From the sequence record PV158447.1: DNA of 64,000 nt; one strand, given 5' to 3'. This document shows, one piece after another, positions 29,611 through 40,900 of this stretch. The translations under genes were made by a program, and so were the position numbers. Within the stretch, counting starts at the first letter, position 1. Each line of letters opens with the position of its first letter. Under the pieces are notes generated by a model. It saw only the letters and a list, made by a program, of their open reading frames with translations, did not search any database and had not been told where the DNA came from.

Positions 29611-30369
29611 ATGGCAAATAATGCCTTGTTGGCGGGTCTGAGTTATCCTTGGAACCCGTTCAACGATAAGGAGGAAAACAAGATCACAGAAGAACTGGCT
29701 CACATTGAACCAGCTCCAGGTGGTGTTGTCATTCTTCCTCGTAAAGGTCCTTTCTTCTTGAGGGGATTGGTCGTCAAACTCCGAGACTCCGGTCGAGAGC
29801 TAAACATCCTGGCTGGCGACTATTCTGTCATTTACCCATTCGGTGCGTTTATTCGTCGTTACAACCAACCCGTTTATTCGGGCATTGTTATTAACAACGT
29901 GACAGATCCGACCACTATCGAACTTGGTTATAACACCATTGGTGCTAACTTCGTTCTGGATGATATAGCTTACGCACAAGCAGTTGCTAATACCGTATCT
30001 CAGCCCCGTCGTGCAGACTGGAGTCAACTTACCAATCTTCCGACCACCTGGCCAACTGATCCACATGATCACCCCGCTTCGGATACGTATAACTATACCG
30101 AGATGGTATTGGCACTCCACAGTTACATTGACGTCATGACCGGCGGAACCACGAACCCAGATGGTTTACAATCTTTGGTAGAGAATCACATCAAAGCAGA
30201 TCTTAAGAATGCACACAAAGCAACTTTGGAGGATCTTGGTATTGCTCACTTGAAAGATTGGGCAATGGCTGAGGAAAGTGATCTGAAAGGAAATAGCACT
30301 GAACTTATCATGAACGTCGCGATGACCAAAATGATGATTCGTCAGTTCCAACAAGGTGTATTGACCTAA
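29611..30369 (+). CDS. tail/baseplate-associated protein; N-domain paralogous to the downstream fibres
   Basis: VILPRKGPFF matches FIPLQAPFY (30406) and IVPEEGPFY (34096); NLPTTWPTDPHDH matches NKPLWFYPELHNH and QKPKTYWPASHKM. Confidence 0.65.
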   Translation: MANNALLAGLSYPWNPFNDKEENKITEELAHIEPAPGGVVILPRKGPFFLRGLVVKLRDSGRELNILAGDYSVIYPFGAFIRRYNQPVYSGIVINNVTDPTTIELGYNTIGANFVLDDIAYAQAVANTVSQPRRADWSQLTNLPTTWPTDPHDHPASDTYNYTEMVLALHSYIDVMTGGTTNPDGLQSLVENHIKADLKNAHKATLEDLGIAHLKDWAMAEESDLKGNSTELIMNVAMTKMMIRQFQQGVLT

Positions 30370-30380
30370 TAACAATATCG

Positions 30381-30406
30381 AAGGGAGGGGCGAAGGCTCC
30401 TCCCTT
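30381..30406 (+). terminator. terminator-like hairpin
   Basis: aagggaggggc-gaag-gctcctccctt followed by tgtt. Confidence 0.6.
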
Positions 30407-30423
30407 TGTTCGAGGATTTAGCA

Positions 30424-33400
30424 ATGAATAAGCCGGATTATCCGCTTTACAAATTAGATCTGACAGGAACGTCTAAGTTTAACAAAATCAATAAAGAAGA
30501 AGGAATCCGAGAAAATGTTGAAGCAGGGGAAGATTTCATGTTTATCCCTCTTCAAGCTCCTTTCTATATTGATTCTGTCGAGATGTTCAATGAATACGGC
30601 ACTCCTCTAAAATTCGAAGAAGATTATGACTTCTACGGGATTCTGAGTGGACTGACTGCGTATACCGCCAAACCAGTTGGTTTGTATATTCGTATTCTAA
30701 AACCCACCATCACCAAATGGTTCTGTTCTTATCAAGTTGTCGGCAACTTCAACAAGATCACTGATGAAATCTTGATGATGTTGAAAGGTATCGGGACAGA
30801 TAACCGTTCTGTTTATTATGATGATATTCGGAATAAACCACTTTGGTTTTACCCAGAGCTTCACAATCACGATCTGGCGTTCCAGATTTTTGGATTTGGG
30901 GATTTAGCCAGGGAGATACTCCGTCTGACAGGACCAGATGGAGTTTTTGGTAAGAACTTAGCACTTCGTATTGATCAGGTGAAAGAACGTCTTATCGTTT
31001 ACATCGACGAATATAAGAAGGTGCTGTCAGCAATCATTGATAGTCACAACGGAAACCTTTATAATGCCCATGGTGTTAATAACGTAGATCTTGATCTTGG
31101 GAACGTTGATAACTTTGCGACAGCCACACTACAAGAAACACTTGATGGTGTGAGAAAGGACCTCCACATGGTTCCAGAGTATGTTGCGCAAGCTGTCGAA
31201 CTGGCAACTGGTCGTAATGAACGTTTATTACCGGCAGGGGCTTTACCGCTTCTTCGTTACGGAACGGACGGTTTCCTTCCTCCGAAAATAGACGGTTCTT
31301 TCGAAGGTTTGGGTGGATGGAATCTTCGATTCGGGATGAACATTGAGCCTAGTGGTGACGCACTAATGCTTCAGCGCCGTTATAACGGGAGAACCAAGGC
31401 GCTCTATTTCCTCAAGTCATCCAACTGGAAAGATCAGTCCCCTATTTGGGAATTTACCGGACTTCGCTACACCCACCCCACGGCAACAGCTGATCTTGCA
31501 AGTATCAACGCCATCCTTGCCGGGAGTAACCAATACATAATGGTGATTGGTGATGAAGACAAAAATATCTGGTATTGGGTAGAAACCAACGGGAGTTTTA
31601 ATCCGAATCAACATGTTCTTAAACGAATCATGTCAGCTGAATTTCTGGCGTTGACCTCCAAGCACTGGAACATGCAAGTAATCGCCGACAAGAACTATAA
31701 AGAACTTAACGGCATCGTTGTTTCACTGAACTACCTGGACTCAGTGAAGATACGTTCAATTACTAACCAACTCGGAACCCAGGATGTGTTTGGCCGCCAG
31801 TTTTTATTGAACATAGGACTGGATGGACGCTATTTCATTCCTGTTGTCGATTACCTTTCCCCTGCATCGGGCGTGGGTAACCCAATGGATAAATTGTTTG
31901 TTCCTGGCGAATCACGGATGAACATGTCTCTGGTCAGAGATGCTGAATTCATTTCGTCAGTCCCCATAACAGAACTTTCCCGTATTGGATCTTCCGCTTC
32001 TTACCTTTCTAAAGGAGATGATGGAACGTGGTCTTTCTCCACCGAGTACCGTGTCAAAGTAACTGCCCAGGATTATCGACAAGCGACGCTGGATGTTGTA
32101 TGGCGAGGGAAGTTTACTCTAACAGCAGCGGCCACTCCGGCGCTTGTTATGAAAGCAGGGACAAATGAGAAGATCTACACGATCGATCCATTTGACCTCA
32201 GTGCTTCTGGAAGTGATCCCAAGTTTAAATTGTACAAATATGACAAGTTAAAAGGGATGCGCTGGGCAATGTCCGGAACGGTTGCCCTGAATGGGGAACG
32301 TGTCGTCGTCACGTCTGGGAACAAGCAGACCATCCCACTGAAGATGACCTTTGAACAGGATGAACAGTACACGAATCCCAAAATGCTGGCTGGCGATATC
32401 GATCCTAGTGGTGGTACTATCAGGACATCCCTATGGGTCGATGAAAAAGGCCCTCTGGGTTTGGGAGCTGGGTTCATGAACCCGTTTCTCTGTGTCTCTG
32501 ATTCGGAAGATTGGAGTTCTGGGATTATGATGGGAAGGGTATTTGACCCAATTACCCAGAAGTCTAAATGGGTGGCCAGAAAACATAATTACCTGAATAG
32601 TACTTGGTACGAACAACTTAGCGGTTTGGTCACCACCTCGGTTGGTGGAACGGTACTTACCCACAACCCAGCAAGTAATGTAGGGTATGAGACTAACTTG
32701 GGTCCGGCTGTTTGCATGACTGCTACTGTTCAGTATGGCACTGCTGATCGCAAATTGTCGTTTAGCGAAGTATTTGGGGCCGACGCGTTCTCTTGGTTAC
32801 TTGGGAAGGTCCCAGATGGGGCAACTGCGGAAACCCCTGGGGATCAACAACTTATCCTGAAGAATACCATCGGGTTGGTTAATAATGTAGTCACCTTTAA
32901 ACCTACCCAAGTCGTAAAGGTGGATACTGCAATTATGAGAGATTTATTCCCTCATATCCAAGGTCTATCTTCCTATCCGATCGATATTAGTAAAAGCTGG
33001 ACAATTATTAAAGGTTGGAATACTGCCAATGCGCCAGTTTACTTCTTCATCGCCACTTGGTTGAATGACCGGGCAGGGTTGTTAGCAGATGTTCTCTACA
33101 CCCCGATTCCGATAAAGATAGTTCCGGCGGGAACCAAGACCACCATTAACGGTTGCGACTATTACAGCGACGCAACTATTACGATGGTACGCTCACCCAG
33201 AGCACCACAGATTCTTCATACCGACGTTATTAGGTCCGTCCCGGTAAAGGGGTGTGGGAACGATCCTGATGCACATAGTGCGCTTACGTTTGAAGCAATT
33301 AAGTTTTACGATACTCAACCAATGACATTCTCCATGAGAACACTCCACAGATGGACCAAAGTCAGTGGTGAGGTGATGGGAGATATCTTGTTTGATACTT

Positions 33401-34035
33401 CCAACACACAGGTATTGAGTAATATTGCTTTCATTCCACAGGCAACTAGTGGTCCTGAAAAGGACTATGTTCAGGTTCCTATTGCTGGTTATGGAGTTGT
33501 GGAAGATCTGGATAAGTTAAGCGAAGGAGCAGTGCTCGCTGCCACAGGTCTGAATATCCAGGGTGGCGGGTTGATTTTCACTACCATTAGGGATAAGGTT
33601 AAGGAAACAACCAGAAAGCTAATGGGGATGAACAACATGCTCGCCCCAACATACATGATCTACTTTGGAAAGATGGATAATGTCATCCTGGCCGGGAAGC
33701 CGTATAACATGCCGGCGACATTTTTCAACCTCAAGGATATCGACGCCACTCCAGCTAACAAAAAGTACTACGCGTACCTCAAGTTTGATGGAATAAAACC
33801 GTTCTATGAATTGACGACAACTATTCAGACTGAAACCTCAGCTTGTTCGATGCTCGCCATCGTTCAGTGCGGACCCACTCAGATTGATAGCATTCTTCCT
33901 TTTAACCGGTTCTCTATGGATGGTGTGGTTATTTCGACTTCCCGACAAGGTGGCTCAATTCTGAGTACTCCTGGTTCGTTGTTTGAACAAGGGAGCACTC
34001 CTTGGTTTAGTCCTAGTGATTACGTTAACCCATGA
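30424..34035 (+). CDS. tail-tip/fibre protein paralog 1 (~1200 aa; ATG 30424 after GAGGA)
   Basis: HGV..VDLDLGNVDNFATATLQE fibre motif; SFEGLGG; C-domain shared with paralog 2. Confidence 0.7.
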   Translation: MNKPDYPLYKLDLTGTSKFNKINKEEGIRENVEAGEDFMFIPLQAPFYIDSVEMFNEYGTPLKFEEDYDFYGILSGLTAYTAKPVGLYIRILKPTITKWFCSYQVVGNFNKITDEILMMLKGIGTDNRSVYYDDIRNKPLWFYPELHNHDLAFQIFGFGDLAREILRLTGPDGVFGKNLALRIDQVKERLIVYIDEYKKVLSAIIDSHNGNLYNAHGVNNVDLDLGNVDNFATATLQETLDGVRKDLHMVPEYVAQAVELATGRNERLLPAGALPLLRYGTDGFLPPKIDGSFEGLGGWNLRFGMNIEPSGDALMLQRRYNGRTKALYFLKSSNWKDQSPIWEFTGLRYTHPTATADLASINAILAGSNQYIMVIGDEDKNIWYWVETNGSFNPNQHVLKRIMSAEFLALTSKHWNMQVIADKNYKELNGIVVSLNYLDSVKIRSITNQLGTQDVFGRQFLLNIGLDGRYFIPVVDYLSPASGVGNPMDKLFVPGESRMNMSLVRDAEFISSVPITELSRIGSSASYLSKGDDGTWSFSTEYRVKVTAQDYRQATLDVVWRGKFTLTAAATPALVMKAGTNEKIYTIDPFDLSASGSDPKFKLYKYDKLKGMRWAMSGTVALNGERVVVTSGNKQTIPLKMTFEQDEQYTNPKMLAGDIDPSGGTIRTSLWVDEKGPLGLGAGFMNPFLCVSDSEDWSSGIMMGRVFDPITQKSKWVARKHNYLNSTWYEQLSGLVTTSVGGTVLTHNPASNVGYETNLGPAVCMTATVQYGTADRKLSFSEVFGADAFSWLLGKVPDGATAETPGDQQLILKNTIGLVNNVVTFKPTQVVKVDTAIMRDLFPHIQGLSSYPIDISKSWTIIKGWNTANAPVYFFIATWLNDRAGLLADVLYTPIPIKIVPAGTKTTINGCDYYSDATITMVRSPRAPQILHTDVIRSVPVKGCGNDPDAHSALTFEAIKFYDTQPMTFSMRTLHRWTKVSGEVMGDILFDTSNTQVLSNIAFIPQATSGPEKDYVQVPIAGYGVVEDLDKLSEGAVLAATGLNIQGGGLIFTTIRDKVKETTRKLMGMNNMLAPTYMIYFGKMDNVILAGKPYNMPATFFNLKDIDATPANKKYYAYLKFDGIKPFYELTTTIQTETSACSMLAIVQCGPTQIDSILPFNRFSMDGVVISTSRQGGSILSTPGSLFEQGSTPWFSPSDYVNP

Positions 34036-34044
34036 CCCATAATA

Positions 34045-34072
34045 GAGAGTACGATCTTTTGATCGTACTCTC
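34045..34072 (+). terminator. terminator-like hairpin
   Basis: gagagtacgatc-tttt-gatcgtactctc, 12-bp stem. Confidence 0.7.
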
Positions 34073-34095
34073 ACTACCACTTTAGGGTTTTTGAC

Positions 34096-37000
34096 ATGAA
34101 AGATATCCATGTTATTAAGATAGATTACACAAGTGTGGATCCTGGATATAAGTGCGAAGAAACTATTAAAATTACCGACACCCCTCAGCCATGGATTGTG
34201 CCAGAAGAAGGACCTTTCTACGAGAACAGTGTCAGGTTAATTAAAGGTGGACTCCCACTCACCCCAGGTGACGACTACACATTCGAAACACCCGCAACAG
34301 AGTTAACCAAGAAAACAGGTAAACCTTGTTCGCACTATATCGAATTAAAAAATCACATTTTAATGAACACCACTGAACTCACCCTCGTCTATCAACGAGT
34401 TGGGTTCCCTATTATTTCCAGAAAGTTGTTACTTGATGAACTGGATCGTATCTTCACTTTGGGTAGTGATATAGATTGGGAAACTGAGGTGCTTCAGAAA
34501 CCAAAAACCTACTGGCCAGCGAGCCACAAAATGGATGCTAGCATACCAGAGGAGATGGTTGGGTACGGTGGTTATATACAAGTGTTTAACGCACTCACCT
34601 CTAGAAATAAAGTAGGTGGTGAACAGCTCTCGAAATTGCTAGAAGATTTAGAACTGAATAGTAGCGGGTCGCTTGACTACATCCAGAACCTTCGTTGGGA
34701 AGGGATCATGACCCACGCAAGGAACTATCGAAATCCCCATGGGGTTCGAAAAGAAGACGTGGAATTAGATAAAGTGGAAAACTTCGGGACGGCGTCTCTC
34801 CAGCAAGATGGCGAAGGGGTGCGGGATGATCTTTATTCCACCCCGGCCGGTCTAACAGCTGCGCTTGCAGCGGCCGAGCCTGATTCGGAAGAGTACGTGT
34901 TCCAGAACGAATTACCTTTCTCTTACTATGGGTCGGGGATTTACCTGAATAGTCCCATTACCTCTTCTTTCGAAGGTCTGGGTGGGGACTACGAGAACAG
35001 TTGTTTCGTGAGAGAAGGAAATGGTTGGGTGGTTGGATTGATCCGTCAATTTGATGGACGAGTTAAACGTCTTAACTACGTGTATCAAGAATCCGTCCTG
35101 GATAAACGAAACATCACCCCGGTAATTCCGACCTACCTACCATATCTCCATCCCGACATCACTAACGCAGGGATCAAACCTGAGTTTGTGATAAATGGGT
35201 CAGGTAAAGATGTGATGGGTATTACTGAGATTGACCACCGCTCCAGAATACTAATGACACTGACCAAGGGAACTCTCAATCCGGCGAGTCATAGTTTCTA
35301 CCACGTAGATACCAGTGCTATCTTTGCGGTTGGGAACGGGACGCCTTCCGGTGGAATGAGTGCACCAGCAACCACAATCACCGTTGTCGGCGATTGGGTT
35401 TATTTATGGGTGAGTTTCAGTTCTAAGACAACGATTGCCGGTGATGTGAGGCCTCTCAATGGAGAAATAGATAATTTCCAGATGAGAGTTTGGCGGTTCC
35501 CATTGACCTCTCTCAAAGCAACTAACAAGGTCGTTATCACACCTACGGCAGTCAGCATGACCTATGATAACGTAGATCGCATCAGGAAGACCGCTCAACC
35601 ATACGTGCAGTTCTACGACATTACTCCATCAGGTGCAGTTAAGAAGGCACTGTACGACTTCCAGAGCGAGATAGTGACATCTTTCTCCTCCCCCCGGCGA
35701 CGTCAAGTGATTTCTGTCCAAAACCCATCCAACCCACTCCTTGCTAGGATGAAGTTTTTCTTTGCTGGTTATTGGGATTATCAGGATGGTACCGAGAAAG
35801 GAACACGTTCAAGAGCTTGTTCTATCGACTATGAATTGGACACCAGTACCAACACGTTGACCATTGATCCTGGTTTTGTGAAACCAATCATGAACCCCAA
35901 AACAGCCCTCCCAACTAACTACACTGAGGAATTGTACAATAAGTATTTGGATTATTCCCCTTTGAACAACGACATTAGTGACGTGGGAATTAATAACTTC
36001 ATTACCGATTATACAACAGTCACAGTCAGTTGGTTGCCGGGCGTTGGAATTGTTGGACTCTCTAGCGACGGCCAAGGGATGGGGCCTTATAAAGTCTCGT
36101 ATCTTCAGCTGAACAGCATGTTGGATCCTGAACAGGATTACGCTAGGTTCAGAGATCCCATATGGCAAAAAGATCCAAGGGGAGGAAGGAATAGTTGGGG
36201 ATTGTTGTTGGAGACATCAAACCCTTACGGGGTGAGTGGATTTCCCCGACAGTATTCTGACATTTACGAGTACAATGGGAAGAACAACGCAATTCCTATT
36301 GAACAATTTACCGCTGAGGGAGTTGGCCAACAACTGCAATCTTTTTGTCGAATGACTGAAGGTGGAGATGGTAACAAGTACATCAACCGGCAGGAACTTT
36401 TTGCTCCTCTGGTAACGGCCACCATTTGTGGTCGACTCCAAAACCAGTTGTTTGGTCGAACCCATGGGCTGAAACGGAAACATGGTTTCAGGAACTGGCC
36501 CCAGAAACGAGATGCGTTCTCCACTACTCATTCGGTTGCAAGTTATATCCATTGTCCAGATACTGGGGAATGGAAATCCACCGAAGATATTGCCGGTGCA
36601 CAACTAGATCACTTCAATGACCGACTTCGGCTACCCATCCAATATAACTGGACCTATAGTCCAATCACTAAAGAACTGGAACCGAAACTGGATCCAGCCA
36701 GAACTGTGGTAATGTTAAAAACTGGGTATTATGGTCTGATAGAAACATTGTTGGGTCCCCATTTGTCAGAAGTGACTAACTTGGCTGTTCACGTTGATTT
36801 GTTCCCAATTCCTGGTGCAATGAGCGCAGCAATTCAGAAGTCTACCGTAACCGCTCTGTACGGCATCAAAAGCGATCCTGCCAAGCTACGGGTGGTGGCA
36901 TGTGGGTTTACCTGGACAAAGGGTCCTGTGGACGCAGAGACTGGTTACGAAACTGTTGTCCCGACAGTGGTGAGTACCAACACCAAGTTAGGCGATGGAT

Positions 37001-37863
37001 CTGTTAGTGACTCTCCGAGTAATGGTGGAGTGAATAATGTTCTCTGGGCTGGTGTTGTTAAGGTAAAGGCGGACAAACTTTGGGAGGGGGTAAGGATTCA
37101 CAATGACGAATCATCAAAGACATTACTCCGAGCTAAGTCAGATGTCTATTCCCTTGCAAACACACCTGATGGACTCGTGACCCTAACACAAAGCAACATC
37201 CAGATAGAGACCCAAACAGGTCCTGTTTCATTCCGTTCTATGATCGATAACCGAGTAAGTGCTGCACCTATTGTTTACGTTAATATGTTAGATAGGTTAG
37301 GTAGTTATACTGACGCTTTCACTGCAATTGACGGAGTAGGTATCGTAAAGGGAGAGTCTCCAAAGCTGTCAGGTGGAGCAATTAGTTTGTCCAAACTGTT
37401 GGGGAATACTTACCGCGATCAATCTACACCTGTTTTGGTAACCGACCTGATTACCCAAGGCGGAACTTATGTTGGAGGAAGTTGGGTATTCTTCGTTAAC
37501 GCTGACGTGAATGTGGTCTTTTCTGGTTACAGCATGGTGGCTTATAAACGAGCATTTGATCTGAGAACATATACCAACGAATATCGTAGTAGGAAGTTCT
37601 ATCTGTACGCAGTTGCAAGAGGTTCCGCTGCTGAATACGAGTTGGATGAGTTCCTTCGCTATCCTAACAGTGACCAGTTGTTGGTAGCAATTATTGAAAC
37701 AGACACCAATGGTGTCAGTAAGATAACGCGTTATCAACCATTCGCTATTTCTGGTTATCCTCTGACCAAAGTACGCGATGCAGGGATACCGGTTTCTTCC
37801 GGGACATTGGTAGAAGCAGGGACTTATAAGTTTATCACTGCTGCCGAACTATACAGTTATTAA
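34096..37863 (+). CDS. tail-tip/fibre protein paralog 2 (1255 aa)
   Basis: NPHGVRKEDVELDKVENFGTASLQQ; SFEGLGG; same architecture as paralog 1. Confidence 0.7.
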   Translation: MKDIHVIKIDYTSVDPGYKCEETIKITDTPQPWIVPEEGPFYENSVRLIKGGLPLTPGDDYTFETPATELTKKTGKPCSHYIELKNHILMNTTELTLVYQRVGFPIISRKLLLDELDRIFTLGSDIDWETEVLQKPKTYWPASHKMDASIPEEMVGYGGYIQVFNALTSRNKVGGEQLSKLLEDLELNSSGSLDYIQNLRWEGIMTHARNYRNPHGVRKEDVELDKVENFGTASLQQDGEGVRDDLYSTPAGLTAALAAAEPDSEEYVFQNELPFSYYGSGIYLNSPITSSFEGLGGDYENSCFVREGNGWVVGLIRQFDGRVKRLNYVYQESVLDKRNITPVIPTYLPYLHPDITNAGIKPEFVINGSGKDVMGITEIDHRSRILMTLTKGTLNPASHSFYHVDTSAIFAVGNGTPSGGMSAPATTITVVGDWVYLWVSFSSKTTIAGDVRPLNGEIDNFQMRVWRFPLTSLKATNKVVITPTAVSMTYDNVDRIRKTAQPYVQFYDITPSGAVKKALYDFQSEIVTSFSSPRRRQVISVQNPSNPLLARMKFFFAGYWDYQDGTEKGTRSRACSIDYELDTSTNTLTIDPGFVKPIMNPKTALPTNYTEELYNKYLDYSPLNNDISDVGINNFITDYTTVTVSWLPGVGIVGLSSDGQGMGPYKVSYLQLNSMLDPEQDYARFRDPIWQKDPRGGRNSWGLLLETSNPYGVSGFPRQYSDIYEYNGKNNAIPIEQFTAEGVGQQLQSFCRMTEGGDGNKYINRQELFAPLVTATICGRLQNQLFGRTHGLKRKHGFRNWPQKRDAFSTTHSVASYIHCPDTGEWKSTEDIAGAQLDHFNDRLRLPIQYNWTYSPITKELEPKLDPARTVVMLKTGYYGLIETLLGPHLSEVTNLAVHVDLFPIPGAMSAAIQKSTVTALYGIKSDPAKLRVVACGFTWTKGPVDAETGYETVVPTVVSTNTKLGDGSVSDSPSNGGVNNVLWAGVVKVKADKLWEGVRIHNDESSKTLLRAKSDVYSLANTPDGLVTLTQSNIQIETQTGPVSFRSMIDNRVSAAPIVYVNMLDRLGSYTDAFTAIDGVGIVKGESPKLSGGAISLSKLLGNTYRDQSTPVLVTDLITQGGTYVGGSWVFFVNADVNVVFSGYSMVAYKRAFDLRTYTNEYRSRKFYLYAVARGSAAEYELDEFLRYPNSDQLLVAIIETDTNGVSKITRYQPFAISGYPLTKVRDAGIPVSSGTLVEAGTYKFITAAELYSY

Positions 37864-37868
37864 CAATT

Positions 37869-37894
37869 GGGGGAGGAAGGAGACTTCCTCCCCC
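37869..37894 (+). terminator. terminator with GNRA loop
   Basis: gggggaggaag-gaga-cttcctccccc followed by ttatttt. Confidence 0.8.
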
Positions 37895-37917
37895 TTATTT
37901 TAGAATAGAGGACATTT

Positions 37918-40900
37918 ATGATTGTCAATCCGAATAAATCACTTATCCCCGTTTCAGTAAGAACGAATGGGGTAGGGGTGGTGTTGGATGCGTTCATTGT
38001 GAACGACGGAAATATCCAAGCAGGTGGAAGTGGGCCTAGTAAATACGAATACTCACTAGTTGACATTGCACTAAATGGAAGATGGCCGAGATCGAACGGG
38101 ATACTCAACCCGGATATCCCGAAACCTGATGACGACCAGGACGATCGTATCGATTGGGAAAGTAAGATCGCACAGGCTAAGAGAGAAATTGCGATTGAAC
38201 TTGCTAAATACGACGAGTGGGCTGCTGCTTATGTTAAGGCACACACAAATAAGCGTGGTGTTGTACATGGGGAGACAAAGGAAAACGTCGGGATGGGGAA
38301 GAAAGACAACTTCCCGATGGGAACTCTCCAAGAACAACACGACGGACTACTTGACAACGTATTTGTTTCGCCAAGTGGGATGAGGACACTGATCGAATCA
38401 CGTTTAAGAATCGATGACCGCACCTACATCCCTTCTGGGGTATTCCCAGTGAATGCTAGTGGGATTTTGGGTGATGTTCCCATGTGGTCTTACGACTGCG
38501 AGATTGGAGAGCTTGCGCAGTCTCCTACTAACCCAATTGAACATCTTGGTGAAACTCCCTTCGAGTTCTCAACCCCAACAGGACTTTTGATTTTCCCAAG
38601 CATTAACAACTCGCCCGTGCAAGGACGGTATACCCAACCCGCCAATGGAACACTTCCGACGGTTTATACTCCTTGGGGTGGTACAAAGGTAAGAAATTAC
38701 AACGGTCGTGTAGATACGCGTCGAACCAGACCTTCCTTTATTCGTGGTTGGGGATTGGGTCCATATCGCGGGGACCTAGTTAAGAAGCCTTCCGCACTTT
38801 TTGACAACAATGCAATTTACTACATGGAAGGAGACCGTGTTAAGATTCGTAGTTTCAACAAGATTGAACTCCCCTTTGATACTGCCGAAGGTATTTATGG
38901 CAGTACCTCTCTTCTTGATGGAATCGTTCAATATAGCGCAGAATTTCTTTACAATTTGAAGTCGGGTATTCATAACCGCCCATATACCGGGGAAACCGGG
39001 AACGTCCCCCACCTTCTTTTCCAATACGAAGCAAGCAAGTTGGCTGGAGTAGATTTGGAAATTGTTGCCGGCCCACCCCTCCATGCTCCTGAACATGTCG
39101 TCAATAGTTCAGTAACTTATCGTGGTGACGTCACAATGGTTCCTGCTCATGGGAAGATAAAGGTGGTTGAACTCGTTCCTCAGGTCACCAGTATCGCAAT
39201 CCCCTTTAAAGAGCTTCTAAACTTTGGGCCAGCAGATATACAACTCTGGTACGACAATCTTAACCAGAAGTTAGCCAAGAAGATTTCATTTGGCTGGCGC
39301 AACCGCATGAGAATGATCGGTTCAGTTCGGATCCCGTTGGGTTGGTACAATAAGGATAAAACCAAGTACTGGAATGGTTATATTGACTTTGAAATTGAAT
39401 TTACCCCTAATGAGACTACCAGGACATATCGGACAGACATTATCACTAATGGACCTTGGACTCTCCCTAAACAAACTTTGGATGCTAACTGGGATTTGGT
39501 GGGGGAAGGGATGTTCAAAGCCTTTGAACCGACCACCGCTAATGACCCACTCCACCCGTTGTGTATGTCAGGGATCTTTGAACCACGAGGTGGCCACTAC
39601 AAAACGTACACGTTGTATAACCGCCAGTATATCGGGTTTTATGAACACGACTTGACTAAAGCGCTGGAGTTCAATGATCTCGGTACTAAGAAACCGAACA
39701 GTATTAATACGTTTAACTACGTTACCCAAGGGACAATTAATACAGACGGGATTTATGGGGATCACCTTCGACACATCCCGATTAAAGTAGCCGATGCAGG
39801 TAGGTTGGTAACTTATTTGACACAAATCAGGGACGCTAGAAACCGTTATCGTTGGGCATTTGTAAATGTTGATAATGATCACGAAGTTGTTCAGAATAGA
39901 CCGTATGGGAACTACATCGGCCCTACTGTGCTCAGTATGAGTTGGGCAAATGAAACAGTATTGACAGTGCCGTCTTTCCTGATCGAGAATGACGACTTGT
40001 CTTCTGACATGAACATTAACAACATGGTCTTTAATACCAGCAACCATTTCAGCAATTACCTCTCTATCTCCATTGCCGAGAACAGGGAGGTTGCAATAGT
40101 CACTGGGAAGACGGTTTCTATTGACCAAAGCGTGATCGACTGGGTGAAAGAGTTCGGTGGTAACTGGTTTAAAGTTAACACGGTGTTCTTCTACTTTAAA
40201 GGCAACCTTTATTGGCTGAACCAGTGTCTGAATGCTAACGAATATCCCGATAACGGGAAAGATTGTTTCTACGGGATTATTAAGAACTGTGAATTGATTT
40301 ATGATGCTGATGGGAACGCAGTCGTCATCAACAAGAACCCGATCCTTGATTCCGTGACAATCAACAGTACTAACGTGATGGTTAAAAGTTCCTTGGAAAT
40401 TAAGCAGTCTGACATTATTGGTTTGGACCGATTTGAATCCCAGGACATTTACCTAATGAAGTCAGGGGAGGTAGGGAATGAAGAAACGTGGAACGTGATG
40501 ATTAACGTCGGACCGTTCAACAACTTCTACGTCCACTTTGATCTTCGACGTAATCACCAAAACAACGTTACCACGTTTAAACCAAGCACGACAATGGTTG
40601 ACCCTGTATTCCCTTGGGATCCTGCAAAGGGGTTCCAGATTGACTACGACAAAGTGGTCAAGTACGGAAAGGATATTCCACATCGACTTCATATTAACTT
40701 CCAGTCCCCCGTGATGTTGACTAAAGGTATGTGGCGGTTTTGTAAAACGCCCAATGACTATTGTTTCCATACCAGACGGTCTGGCCAGGTTAAAGTAGCA
40801 GGTGGGGTAATGGGGACCTTCCGTGGGGTTTGTACACACCCTGTTGGATCGGTGACTACCATCACCGGAAAGAATACGGTGATTCAGAAACCAGTCGGGA